From: the human T2T-CHM13v2.0 reference genome, Homo sapiens
NCBI RefSeq assembly: GCF_009914755.1
Contig: NC_060940.1
DNA length: 64,000 bases
Reading direction: 5' to 3' (one strand)
Below are positions 23,659 through 39,110 of the stretch, one piece after another; positions within the stretch are counted from its first letter, which is position 1, and each line of letters starts with the position of its first letter. A program made the position numbers and the translations under genes. The notes beneath the pieces are model-generated. The model made no database searches and was not told the DNA's origin. It saw only the letters and a program-made list of their open reading frames with translations.

Positions 23659-24310
23659 TAATTTATTTGCAAATATTTTCTCTCATTCTGTTTTGTCTTT
23701 CTTTGCACTTTCTTAACAGTGTCTTTTGACACTGAAAAGGTTTTCTATTTTGATGAAGTTTAATCTACTTTTTGTGGTTTCTTGTATGAAAGTTTTTAAT
23801 TTTAATGAAGTCTAGTTTATATTTTCTTTTGTCATTTATGCTTTTGGTGTCATATGAAGGAAATCATTGCCTAATCCAAGATCCTAAAGATTTACTTCTA
23901 TTTTTCCTCTTAGAGTTTTATAGCTTTACCTCTTACATTTAGGTGTGTGGTCCCTTTTGGTTTATTGTTTTGTGTGGTGTGAGGTAGTGGTCCAACTTCA
24001 TTCTTTAGTATGTGTGTATCCAGCAGTCCCACCATTGGTTTAAAGGACTACTCTTTCCCAATCTAAATGTCTTGGCATTCTTACTGAAAATCAATTGACC
24101 ATCAATTGACCATAAATGTAAGAGTTTATTTCTGGATTCTATAGTTTATTCCATTAATCCATATGCCTATCCTTATGCCAGTTCCACACTGTCTTGATTA
24201 TTATACCTTTGTATTAAGTTTTCAAATCAGGAAGTGTGAGTTCTCCAACTTTCCTCTTTTGACTATTCTGTGGGTATCACTTTTGCAGGTCTCACTGAGG
24301 TAGGATCTAA

Positions 24311-25010
<700 letters not shown>

Positions 25011-25244
25011 TAGTTTCAGGATCTTGATTGTATAAGTTTTCTCCAGAAGTGAACAGGTACTACAGCATTGATTCATATTCCTCAAACTTGCAGGAAAACT
25101 CCACAAATTTACATTGTCAGATATTCTTTTGGTGACCTAAACCAAAATGCTTATATAGGGAATTTTCCATTCCAAGATGCCAAATTAGTTACTAAAATAG
25201 ACATGCCTGATAAACATGGAATTGGAAACTCAGGCTGAGGGGAA

Positions 25245-26233
<989 letters not shown>

Positions 26234-28208
26234 GGAATGGAGACATTCTTACTCTGGAGTGGGATTGAGGGACCTAGAGAGTGTGGCCACCGCTTGGCTT
26301 TAGACAGCCCATTGCCTGGTGGAAATGGTAGGCCAGTGTTGCTAGATTTTGATGTTGTTCGTGATATTGATTCTTGCTAACTTCAATTGCAAAATGTAAT
26401 ATTTACTAATTTGACCCCTAAATTCTGAGATTCAGAGCCAACCTCTGCAACATTTTCCCAGAGTCCCCATATTCAGAAACCACAGTTACTGAGAATACCT
26501 CCAAAATTTAAGACAGAAGTGAACACCATTCACTGACCAGTGAAAATAAATGTCACAAGAACTTATGTACTTAACACAGGAGAACCCCACAGAAAATCTT
26601 TCTACAAAACCTGAGAGTCTAAGCTAATAAAAGTTTATCGATGTCCAAGTTCATAATGGCATAGACGCATCAAAAAAGTAGGAAAGAAGGTTGTTAGGTA
26701 GAAGAATAGAGAAGTGTCAGCCCAGTAGTGAGGAAGGAGATAGCAAAAACAGAAGTTCAAAACAAAACAAAAACACAAAAACCAGCATCCTAGAGGCCAT
26801 TTATTATAGGGACAAATTTTGCATATTTTAGAGAACATTCACTGATTAAAATGGCATACAATAATGTTGATAATTATAGCACTGCTCTTTAATGACCAAG
26901 CCTAAGTAATTTTCAGAGGGCTGCATTCAAGAAAACACGAACGTTCTCTATCAGATGATGGGGAGGCCGCTCAAGTTTTTCATTTAAGTGGGATGTCATT
27001 CTGCTGTGATGTCAGATAGATGAGATGTTACTGGCCTTAAATTTGACTCAACAAGTTGAATTTGCAAACTAAAGCACTATCCAAATAAGTGGTGTGGGGG
27101 GCCCCAGAGATAAACTCTTTCTGTGCATTCTTGGTCTAATATGTGGTTGTTATAAGTATCCTTCAGGGAATCAAAGTTGGAACTGTAACCGCCCTTTCAG
27201 CAGGGTTTCTTCCCAGCCCTGTCAGTATCTCAGCTAAATAGAGTTATGCTGATCCACTCTGGAGGGCCTTCATGGGGAATATAAAGAATGAAATTACTTG
27301 GCAAATACCACTGTGTATACCGCAGCCATTCCATTCTGGCTAGGCATAAACAAGCGCAGTGTCGCTCCTTAGCGGAGGCTGAAATTCAAGAGATTTCTGT
27401 CAACTGTGAACGTGAAATATCACCTGCACTGGATCGGAAATGGTCAACAGTTTTGAACAAACATAAAGTAGGCCGACCGAAGTTCAAACATTTAATTCTT
27501 TTGTCTAGCTCACGTTTTCATATGGGTTTTAAATTTTTAATTCGGTAGAAAGCCAGCTAAGGACCTGAAAGGAGGAGACCCTTAGAATTTTAGAGCTGGA
27601 GGACTTTTGGACAACTTGTGCAGCCTCTTCCTTTTACAGAAGGCAAAACCAAGGCCCTAGGACACGCTAGGATTTGATGTAGGTCACTCAGTTAATTCGT
27701 GAAGGATCGAGAGGGAACCCAGGTTTTCCAGTACGCCCCCTGCTCCTAAACCAGTATCACCCTCCCCCACGGCTGTCTCTCTCTCTTCTTAAATTCTTGC
27801 GTTTATTTTTCTCTCCCTTCGTAACTGTGCAATGGAGAACGGGAGCCTGAGCCTCGGGAAGACAGGGTTGCAACCGCAGGCTAGGTGCGCGCTCTCCCCT
27901 AGCTCGCGGCGTGGAGCTGGGTCTCCGCGGCGGGCGCCGGCTACTGCAGGTGCTGGCACCTGGGCTCAATCGCAGCATCATCGCGACACGCTCCGTGCTC
28001 CCGATTCTACAGCACGGGCGCGTGACACCCGGGTCTCCGCGCGAAAGGAGAACGTGGGACTAAATCCACGGCTCCTTAAGAAGGACGTCTTTGGAAACTC
28101 TCGCCCTTCCTCGGCGGACCCGAGCTGCCCGAGAGATGCCCTGCATGTGAGTGACCTCTGCGCCGACCCCGCCACTGGTCAGCTCGCGGCTGGGGCGTGC
28201 CCTGCCGG

Positions 28209-28288
28209 GGCCTGACGTGGCGGCGGGGCCGCGGGGCGGGCGGCGCGAGGGGAGAGGCCGCCGTGAGGGCGCGGCCTGACGTGGCGGC
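28209..28288 (+). promoter_or_regulatory. Duplicated UPRE/CRE-like element GGCCTGACGTGGCGGC (28209-28224 and 28273-28288)
   Basis: Exact 16-bp direct repeat. The TGACGTGG core is the UPRE consensus (XBP1s/ATF6/CREB3 family). Confidence 0.6.
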
Positions 28289-28601
28289 CGCGGCGGGGCT
28301 GCCGGGGGAGCCCGGACCACTGCACTGCCCCGCGCTCCGGCCAGAGGGCGCCCGGCCCCAAGCCTTCCCCGCCCCGAGGCCGCCCAGGGCTCCGGGAGTA
28401 ACCGCGCCAGCGATTGGGTCGGCGGCGCGGCGGGGCCATGTTGGAGCGGAGCAACGACCCCGCCTCGCACCGCCCTCCGCCCTGGGTCGGGCCGCGCCAG
28501 GAGGGAAGGGGAGCGGCGAAGGGGACGCTCCCTCTTAGGCAGCCCGACGCGGCTGGAGCCGCGGCAGGAGCGGCGGCGGTCACGACCGCCCCTCCGCGCC
28601 C

Positions 28602-28712
28602 GGGCCAATCAGCGGCGCGGGCACAAATATGCAAATAGCGCGCCGGTGCTGCCGGAGTGCCGCTCGCAGGGGCTGGTGGGGTCGCGCTGGGGGAGTGAAC
28701 TGGGCCAATCAG
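28602..28712 (+). promoter_or_regulatory. NF-Y CCAAT boxes (28605, 28705) flanking an octamer ATGCAAAT (28629-28636)
   Basis: GGGCCAATCAG occurs twice exactly 100 bp apart; perfect octamer between them; a reverse CCAAT (ATTGG) at 28413. Confidence 0.7.
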
Positions 28713-28750
28713 GCGGGTGCGTGGCGGCGCGGGGGAGGCGGTGCCCCTTC

Positions 28751-28809
28751 ACTCCTCCCTCCACTCCCTCCCTGCCCCGCGCTGACAGGGGGGCCTGGCC
28801 GCGCAGCCG
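28751..28809 (+). other. CHD9: Candidate non-coding first exon 1A
   Basis: Consensus donor CCG|GTAAGT at 28810. The start is inferred from an Inr-like TCACTC about 45 nt downstream of the second CCAAT. Confidence 0.55.
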
Positions 28810-28815
28810 GTAAGT

Positions 28816-28830
28816 GCCGCCGCCGCCGCC
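28816..28830 (+). repeat. (GCC)5
   Basis: Read directly, immediately after the 28810 donor. Confidence 0.9.
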
Positions 28831-28999
28831 GCTGCCACCCACCGCCCGCCGCTGCCACCCACCGCCTCGGGCGTGGGGAGGAAGCCCGGGGGCACCGCGG
28901 GGCAGCGGCCGCTGCTCAACTGGTGGGGAGATGCGGGGGCGGGTCGTGTCAGACGGGTGGTCGCCTGAGGCCGCCCCCGCCCGGCCAGCCGCGAGTGTC

Positions 29000-29069
29000 A
29001 GTCTCAGTCGAGGCGGGGGGCGGCGGGGGCGCCTCAGTCATGGCGAAGCGCGAGAGTCAGCGAGCGGCG
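29000..29069 (+). other. CHD9: Candidate first exon 1B with a strong-Kozak uATG at 29040
   Basis: Inr-like TCAGTC at 28998, 29004 and 29034; caGtcATGG; donor GCG|GTGAGT at 29070. Confidence 0.55.
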
Positions 29070-29082
29070 GTGAGTACGTGCA

Positions 29083-29103
29083 GCCGCCGCCGCCGCCGCC
29101 GCC
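29083..29103 (+). repeat. (GCC)7
   Basis: Read directly, just after the 29070 donor. Confidence 0.9.
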
Positions 29104-29511
29104 GCTGCTCGGCCGGTGGGGGGAGGGGGGAGGGGCAGGCGGGGCGGCGCCCCCGCCTGAGGTGAGGGATCCGGTCCCGGGGCCGGGGTCGGGCGGGCGG
29201 GCCCGCGGGGAGGCCGGGCAGGGGGCGCTGCCTGCACGTGCGGCCCAGCCCGCCCGCGGCCCGCCCCGCGCCTGTCATGGCTGCGGGCTGCTGCCCCCGC
29301 CCCCCGGCCCACAGCCCCCGGGGTCGGGACACGGCAGCCGCGCCTGTTGCGTCGTGTGGAGGTGAGGGCCGGGCGGCCAGGGCGTGGGAAGGCGGGCCCT
29401 CTTCCCCGTCCCGCGCGAGGTCGGGGCCTCCCCCGGGTTGGGTTCCCTCCCGACGGTCGGGCTTCCCTCCATCCTGCAGCCTCTTTCCCTGCCCGTGCTT
29501 TCTCGCCTCCG

Positions 29512-29518
29512 TGAGTCA
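29512..29518. promoter_or_regulatory. AP-1 site TGAGTCA
   Basis: Perfect consensus inside the island, overlapping a GTGAGT donor-like hexamer. Confidence 0.45.
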
Positions 29519-30478
29519 TGACAGGGCGTCCCGCGCGGGCACCCGACGTCCCGGAGCACGGGACGTCCCCGGCGCTTTCCCAGGCCTTGCCTCTCGGTTC
29601 CGACCGCAGTGCCTTCCCCGCGATCCTTCACCCCGAGTGCCTCTCCCCGTCTGCAGCGTGGCCCGGACCCCGCCAGCCCCCGTGTGTGCGGCCGCCGTCA
29701 TTTTCTGGGTACCTGGGTGTGGGACCTGCGGGATGGCTCCAGGGCTCTCTGCGTGGACATCCAGCCCAAAGCCAAGCACTACCCGGAAAGCCCGGGTGTC
29801 TCACTGGCTGTCACAGCTGCCAGCTCAGACTGGTTTCTGTTTGTTCTTATTTTTATTTTTAAAAAAAATTTTTTTTGGGGGGGGTGGTTTGCTTTTTTTT
29901 CTTTTTTAAGAAAAATAAAACTTTTCAGAACAAAGTAGATGAGAATTTTGTTGTTGTTGTTGTGATATTAACAGTGCTACAGTTACTTTCCTGAAAGTCT
30001 GGGATTTGACGCTATTGTGACATTTATTTATGTGAAATATTCATACCTAAGAATTCCCCTGTATTAAATAAAGTTTATTTTCATTAATAAAATTACCGTC
30101 AGAATTTAGTTTCTCAATTTTGTATGCTACTTTTCACCTTTTCCTTTTTTCCAGTTCTTAAAATCTCCAGTTCTACTTAACCAGCTATGATCTTAAACGA
30201 AAAGAAGGCTTATCTTGTGTAATGTTACCCATTCCCTAGACTCTAGATAACTGTAGAAGTAGTTTTAAAAGAACCACTAGGTCTGCAAACACTTGAATAT
30301 ACAAAAGCTGAACTTAAAGGAGGATTCTGCATTGCAGAGGGAGGAGTTTGTTTTTGTTTTTTGCAATGCAAAAGGATGATCATAGTGTTTCTTTTCCCTT
30401 GGGTTTACAGAACGTGAATTTAGAGATGCTGTGTTGTAACAACAGGCCACATGGAGCCTTACGTTCGATATTTGATAA

Positions 30479-30760
<282 letters not shown>

Positions 30761-32569
30761 TAAAAATTCACGTTATGTAGTTATAGTTTACCACAAAGTA
30801 TTGGCAGGTCTCTGTCCTTGGAGAGTTTCCTATAAACTATAGACCATATAATGTAGACGTGAAGTCTGTATTACAGACCTGAAGTGCATTGGGAAAAGTG
30901 GTTGCCTCCCAGTTTTGATTAAGGGTAACTGTCATTCCTGAACAGTTTCAGGTAAGTATGTATAGTATTGCAGTTAAAAACAGCAACAACAAAAAACCCT
31001 TGTGATTAATTGACCAGGAGATGATATCCTAAAGGCACAGGAAATAACATCAGATAAAAGCAATGCTAGTCAAAAACATACTAAGTAAGGTGTATGAGCA
31101 GGCTACTTTAATCGGGGGCGGCTCTTAATAGGGAGGCTGAGGCAGGAGAATCACTTGAGCCAAGAGTTCAAGTCCAGCCTGGGCAACTTATTAAGACTGC
31201 ATCCCGTCTCTATTAAGAAAAAAAAAATTATGATGCTTTTATAACCAGTAAAATCCTCTTCTTGGATAGAGTGCTGGCTAGAGAGAATCGGGACTTTGTC
31301 ACTTAACTGTGTAGATAATATTAAGTTTCTTGACATCCGTGAGCCTTAGTTTCCTCCTGTGTAAAACTTTGTTTCCTCCAGTTTTACTATTGTAGGATTC
31401 TAAGTACCCTATGAGGTCTATCCTCTGAAATCAAAAACTTATGGGGTGGGCAGATATGAATACAGATAGAAAACGGTGTCCATGGAAAAAGCCCGTGACA
31501 AGATAAGATTAAGGAAACCATAGAATTTTCAACTTGGAAGTATCTTTAGAAACTTTAATTACAAACTTCTTATCTAATGCAACCGAATGCTTTCTACAAG
31601 GCACTGTGCTAGACCTTCCTGGTTTACCTCTGGAAACAGGATAGAGCTGAAGGAGGGGCTCGATATATGAATATAAGAGGCAAGAACTGAAGTAGAAATA
31701 CAGATTTTAAAGTAAAATCTATTGCATCTATCAATAGTAAAACAAAATTTTGGTACATATGAAAAGTTAAGATTTTCTAAAGATGTGTTTATTGATCGAA
31801 ATGTCATAGAAAAAAAAGCTTACCTCCGTAAATAACAGAGAAGAAAAATGAAATCCTAGAGAGTCTATAAAGAAAAACTATGAATTAATCTACTGGGGAA
31901 ATTTCATCGGGTAATGAGTGAATAAAAAACACAGGTAAGAATATGGAAACTTGAGGCAGTTGGTCAGAGTAAAAACTAATGGAAGCATGTTGTAAGTGCT
32001 TGGAAAACTTCAGAAGCCAAAGATTGGAGTCAGAAGAGATTTATGGATACTGATGAGATAGAGTTATTTTAACCTTTCAAATTCTTTGAAGTTGTCTTAA
32101 CGTGGGATATAGATTTCTTATATAAGATTTAGCTTTTTTACACTTATTTACGTTGTAAATTTAAAGTGCCACATTCCAGTTTTATAACTGTTCCCTAGCA
32201 CTTTGTGCCTCTGTTTACTTCCTTATTTGGGCTTCACTCCCTTACTTTTCCACCTCTTGGAATTTTACCAGTCTGTGAATACTCAGGTCAAATTCCACCT
32301 TGTGAATAAAATCGTATCTTGTCCTTGTAGCCCTTAGGGATTTCTCCTTCCCATGAGATCTTAGTATAATTATTTGTTGCACTTATTTGGCATACCATGT
32401 ACAACTTCCTGACATTTCCTCTACTGTATTGTCTTTAAGCTTTCAGAAACAATTTTTATTCCTTTCTTTTAGAAACAGTTGGAAAGCTGATCAAGTGACA
32501 ATGGGAGACCCAAAGAAGGGGAAACCACTTTGAACTGTAATTTATTCTCTGGACTCAAAGTCATTCACA

Positions 32570-33420
32570 TCCATTTATTCATTAAATGTATATATTATGA
32601 AGTGCTCCCTTAATTTATGATATATGTATTAAGTGCATAATAAGTGATCCCTGCCTTCATGGAACCTACCATCTAACAGTGCAAACAGATAAAGAACAAG
32701 TAAATAAACAAATGGAAAATTACAACTTATGATCAGTTCAGTGAAATAAAAGAACAGAGTGCTATGGTGGAGAAAATGGGGAGAAATTAATGTTGTATTC
32801 TCAGAGAAGGCTTCCCTCAGTTGGTGATTCTAAGTGGAAACAGAATAAGAAGACAGGTCAGGAGAGAAAAGAGTTTCTTGGAAGAGAGAAAAATATGTTT
32901 GAAGGCTATGACACAGGAAAGAACTTAATATTTGAAAGAAATGAAAAGTTCAGGATGGCAGAAGCATAATAAGGCAGAAAACCATATGAGCTGAAATGAG
33001 AGATAGAAAGCAGATTATACAGGGCCTTGTGGGGCATATTAAAGACTTACAGGTTTTACTAAAGACATTGCAGTCGTTGAAGATTTTGAATTAGAGAAGT
33101 GATACGCTTTAATCTACATTTTAAAAATGCTACTTTGAGAATGGATTGGAGAAAGGCAAGGGTGAAAGTAAAGATATTGTAATACTACAGTAGTCCAGGA
33201 AAAACATGATGGTAGCCAGATTATACATATATTTTAGAGAGGAGATGGTGAGGTGTGGAGGAGGAACAACTGACAGATTCATGATGGATTGGATGTGAGA
33301 AGAAAAGTGTCAAAAATGATTTCCTGGTTCCTGGCTTGAGAAACTAGATAGATAGTGGTGTGTGATTTACTGAGATGAAGAAGATGAGGGAAAGGAAAGA
33401 TTTGGCAAGAAAACAAGTTT
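32570..33420 (-). mobile_element. L2
   Basis: ccctgccttcatggaacctaccatctaa...; purine-rich antisense L2 body. Confidence 0.7.
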
Positions 33421-34519
33421 TGAACACCATCCCTGGACAAGTGCTTCAGAAGAAGTCTACCTTTATCTGAATGATAAGCGCCTTAGAATAGGTTTAGCTA
33501 GAAGTGTGATACCATACAATGACATATTCATATTGTGTTATTTGAGAGGAAGAAGCAAGCTTCATATTTATGTTAGAAAAACTGGTGAAATGATCTTTTT
33601 TAACAATGCACTTCAGTTTTTGAAAGTTTATTTGAATATTTTCATAATGGATTATATTAAATATGAAAATTTGAGAGAAATAAATCAATATAATATTGAA
33701 TGGATATATATAGTATTGGGTGATGGTGCAGAATACAAAAGTTTTATAATCTTGATATTCTCAGGAGAGTAGCATTCTTTTCAGTTATTAGCTTGTAAGG
33801 GAGCCTGATAATTTATAATTTTTAATGAGGCTTCTCATTTAATGGTGCTTATAAGTAGAAGTTATAGTTCAGTCATTACTAGCTATTATTTCTAAAATAG
33901 CTGTCAGATACTGATGTTTCTGTTACAATTTGGCATTATGAAGTTAACCAAGCAAATATTAAGTTTGGTTTTTGTTTGATTTTTACTATATTTCAAAACA
34001 TTTTAAAACTAGTAATTTTAAACATTGTTATTGCTATAAAGGGACATAGTTTGAAACCAGAAAAAAGATGACCTTTCTTGTCTAGTGGTCTTTTCATATT
34101 AGTTTACTTACTAATCAGTAGCAGTATAAAGAATATTCAATTTTATTCTATTGGAAATCAGTAACTATGGTTCTGAAAGATAACTGCTGATGTATCTTGT
34201 TCCTTTGTAAGAGGAAGGAAAAAATGATATTTTTTGATTCTGTCTTTGCAATGTTTATCTTTAAAATGGCAATCAAATAGTCACTAAAATTTTTTTCTTC
34301 CATTTAAGGAACTGAGTACCTTTTCCTAAAAAAAAAAAAAAAATCTAGGAATTTAAGATTACAGACTTGGTGTAGTCTGTTTTACAGTTGAAGCAACGGA
34401 GGTACAGAGAAACTGAGTTGCCCGGGGTTTCTAATATTAGGGAATGCTTTATTTCATGGGTTTCATAATTTAGTGAATTCACTACATATTCCAATATATG
34501 AACACACTTATTCTGCTTT

Positions 34520-35340
<821 letters not shown>

Positions 35341-37587
35341 TTTAATTGTATGATTTGATTAAAATGCTGCTATATTTGAAAAATTTTGTGCTCTTCTTTA
35401 ATCTCTGAAGATGAGTATTTGATGATGAATAGCTATTTCTGCCTAAATGAGATACAGTACAAAGGAATGTGAGATAACAAATATAAACATTTTTGGTTCA
35501 AAAATGAGTACCCATGTTGTACCTGTTGGATTATAGTAGATTCTAACAGAACCCAGTTTTATGTTCTTGAAGATAAATGGCAAGACACACAGTGTCTTTT
35601 CTTGATCCTTAAAAAAGTTTAGTTTTTAAAATAGAATGAACTTTAGGGAATATGATGTGTGAAGAATGATGAAATATACATCTAAACCTTAATCAAAGAA
35701 ATTTTATTGAATGATAGAGAATAAGAGAACTTTTATCAAGGTATACTTGATAGCTATTAGGTGGAATGCACAGAATACTTTGAAATAAGTTCCTGGGGAA
35801 GGAGGGGGGGAAATATGACAAAGATCTGTATGATTTTTGAGATTAATAGAAATTTGTTAGTAATGACCAAAGTTCCCAGGGCTACTGATAGGGGATATAC
35901 ATCGTTAAGTAGAGACTTAAGCTATTACTTTCTTAGTATACCTTAGGTTGAAGACTTCAAGAAGGGCACTAAGAGGCTAAATGATCTTAAGGTAGTGGGA
36001 AATTGGGCTTTATATCTTTATTTTATACCATTAGTAAGAAAAAAATGTTAAATAATTTGTAGTATTCTAAGAAAAGCAGATTTGAATTTCTCAAAGATTT
36101 GAGTGAAATCACATTTGGAGGATATAGTAGTGAAGATGTGTCAGGTTTGATTTAATTTGAAATGAAATGGATTTGGTAGACATGAAATCACTGCGTAGAA
36201 ACTTACATGTCGTATTAAACTACTTTAAATGAATCAGAAAAGGAAGGAAAGCCATAGGGAAGAAAATTCAAGGTATGGTTTCATAGAAGCAAAGAAAATT
36301 TCCAGGAGGCGAAGGGGTTAATTGAACTGAGTTCAGAAGATTCTTAAAGCACTCAAAGCCTAAGTGGTATGTAATAAATGGGGACACATGGACAATTAGA
36401 GGCTTCATATAGAAGATAGATTTGTCTTTAGCTTTTGTTGTCACTTTGGTTAGTGATGATAACTTTTTTTAGTGGTCAAAGATGGATTGAGAGAGCCATT
36501 TGGATTTGTCTAGAAGGTTAGTTACCTTTGAAAGTACACATTTATGGGGACAAACTACAGAGTACAAGAAGTTAACAAGTAAATGGGTATTTAGAAAATG
36601 GAGGCAACAGATCACTTATTTTCAATATTTGGCATTGAATGGAAGAATAGAAATAGGATGATTTGGTTTACATTTGTGTTAAGGTAGGGAAGATTGGTCT
36701 GCTGATGCTCAAAGTCAGAAGAGAAGCAGGCAATTGCAAAGGGGCAGTTAAAGATCCTGGAGGAGGTGCTGTGGGAGGGCGTAAGTCTTTTTGAAAGGCT
36801 AGATGGAATTTTTTTTTTGAGGTAAAGGATCTATCTTTGGAAAAGAGCCATGTTTTCTTCTCTTAAGAATAGCTAGAAGAAAGAAGAGATAGATACAAAG
36901 ATAGATATAGTGCTTCCATCTGAAAAGATGGTTATTTAGTGAATTTCAGCAGGAAAATCCCAGAAAACAAATTGTCCTTAGGTAAGAATGGGGAAGTTAG
37001 GAGTGAAGGCTTGAGGGGAGAGAACATAAAATAACTACAGTGAGATAGCCTAATAACAGAGGAATATATTTTAAAATTTCTAAGGCAAAGGAAGGGCCAT
37101 ATTGAAGGTAAAGGGTATAAATTAATATTAACCTTGTATTAATAAGGTGCTAATCATATAATAAATACTACAAATATAAATATGCAAAAAATGTTAATTT
37201 AATTGAACCAAGGACTGGCAATAAAATTACAGTGGTGATGGTAATACAGTATGGTAGGTTGAATGAATGAAAAAAGTCACAAGGGTATTGAAGGTGATTA
37301 GAGAACAGTATTGGAGATTATTTAAGGCAAAATAATCTGAGGAGGTCTGGAGAAGCCTATTGGTCATGGGAAAGTTTAAATGACTGTAAGCTCTTGGGAA
37401 AGCAGAAAAGAGGTGCTGGAGGTGACTGGTATGAGAGGGAAAGCTACATTTAGTTAAGCACTTACTACTGTATGTTGAGCATATTCTTTCGAAATCCTGT
37501 GACAACTCTGCAAAGTAGATGGTAATGACAATCAACCTGTCTCAGTCTTTAACTTTTCTATTTAAAGCCTTCGAAAATAATGCATTT

Positions 37588-38630
<1,043 letters not shown>

Positions 38631-38919
38631 TTATGTTTTTAAGAGTTTTCCTTTCTGTGACATGCAAAGCAAGACTAAATTAAGTGGGAATGCCAACAAA
38701 GTAAATAATTTAGTAAATGGCTATCTGCAGAGGGAGATGTTAATAATATAAGTAAGCATTAGAAGAGTGCCATTTAGCTTTGTCCTTTTGCTTATGTCCT
38801 TTGGTTTAAATTATTTTAAACCAAAGATTTCTTTGTTTTTTAAAAACCTTACATGAAAGCTCAATTTGTAAAATGAAAGCAAAATATTTCATGAAACCCA
38901 ATTTGAAAACAGAGTGTTT

Positions 38920-39110
38920 ACACAGTGCTTTATGTGTATTATTTTACAGTCATTTTTTGAGACCAGTACTGTTATAATCCCTATTTACAGATGAAGAAAC
39001 TGAGCTTCAAAATGATTAAGTGTCTTGCCTAGGATTACATAGCTGGTAAGTGATATAACCAGGATTCCAGCCTTAACATTCTGGTTCCAGAGCCTGTAAA
39101 ACTGTGCTAT
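38920..39110 (-). mobile_element. MIR
   Basis: atccctatttacagatgaagaaactgag...ttaagtgtcttgcctaggattacatagctggtaagtg. Confidence 0.8.
38991..39045 (+). other. Candidate MIR-derived cassette exon (55 nt)
   Basis: ctatttacag|ATGAAGAAACTGAG...AGCTG|GTAAGT within an antisense MIR; alternative acceptor attttacag| at 38950. Confidence 0.45.

Larger units (their letters stand above)
27850..29800. promoter_or_regulatory. CHD9: CpG island promoter (proximal or alternative CHD9 promoter)
   Basis: About 2 kb, very GC- and CpG-rich, free of interspersed repeats, with GC boxes, CCAAT boxes and + strand splice donors; 24 kb upstream of the first coding exon. Confidence 0.93.

Noticed and set aside
28605-28725. 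ERSE (CCAAT-N9-CCACG)
   Set aside because: Neither CCAAT is followed by CCACG at the required spacing.
28816-29103. GCC repeats as an expansion or fragile-site allele
   Set aside because: Only 5 and 7 units, ordinary for CpG islands.
27757-29938. Overlapping 65-223 aa ORFs on both strands in the CpG island
   Set aside because: They follow from stop-codon scarcity in GC-rich DNA; R/G/P/A-rich with no recognisable domain.
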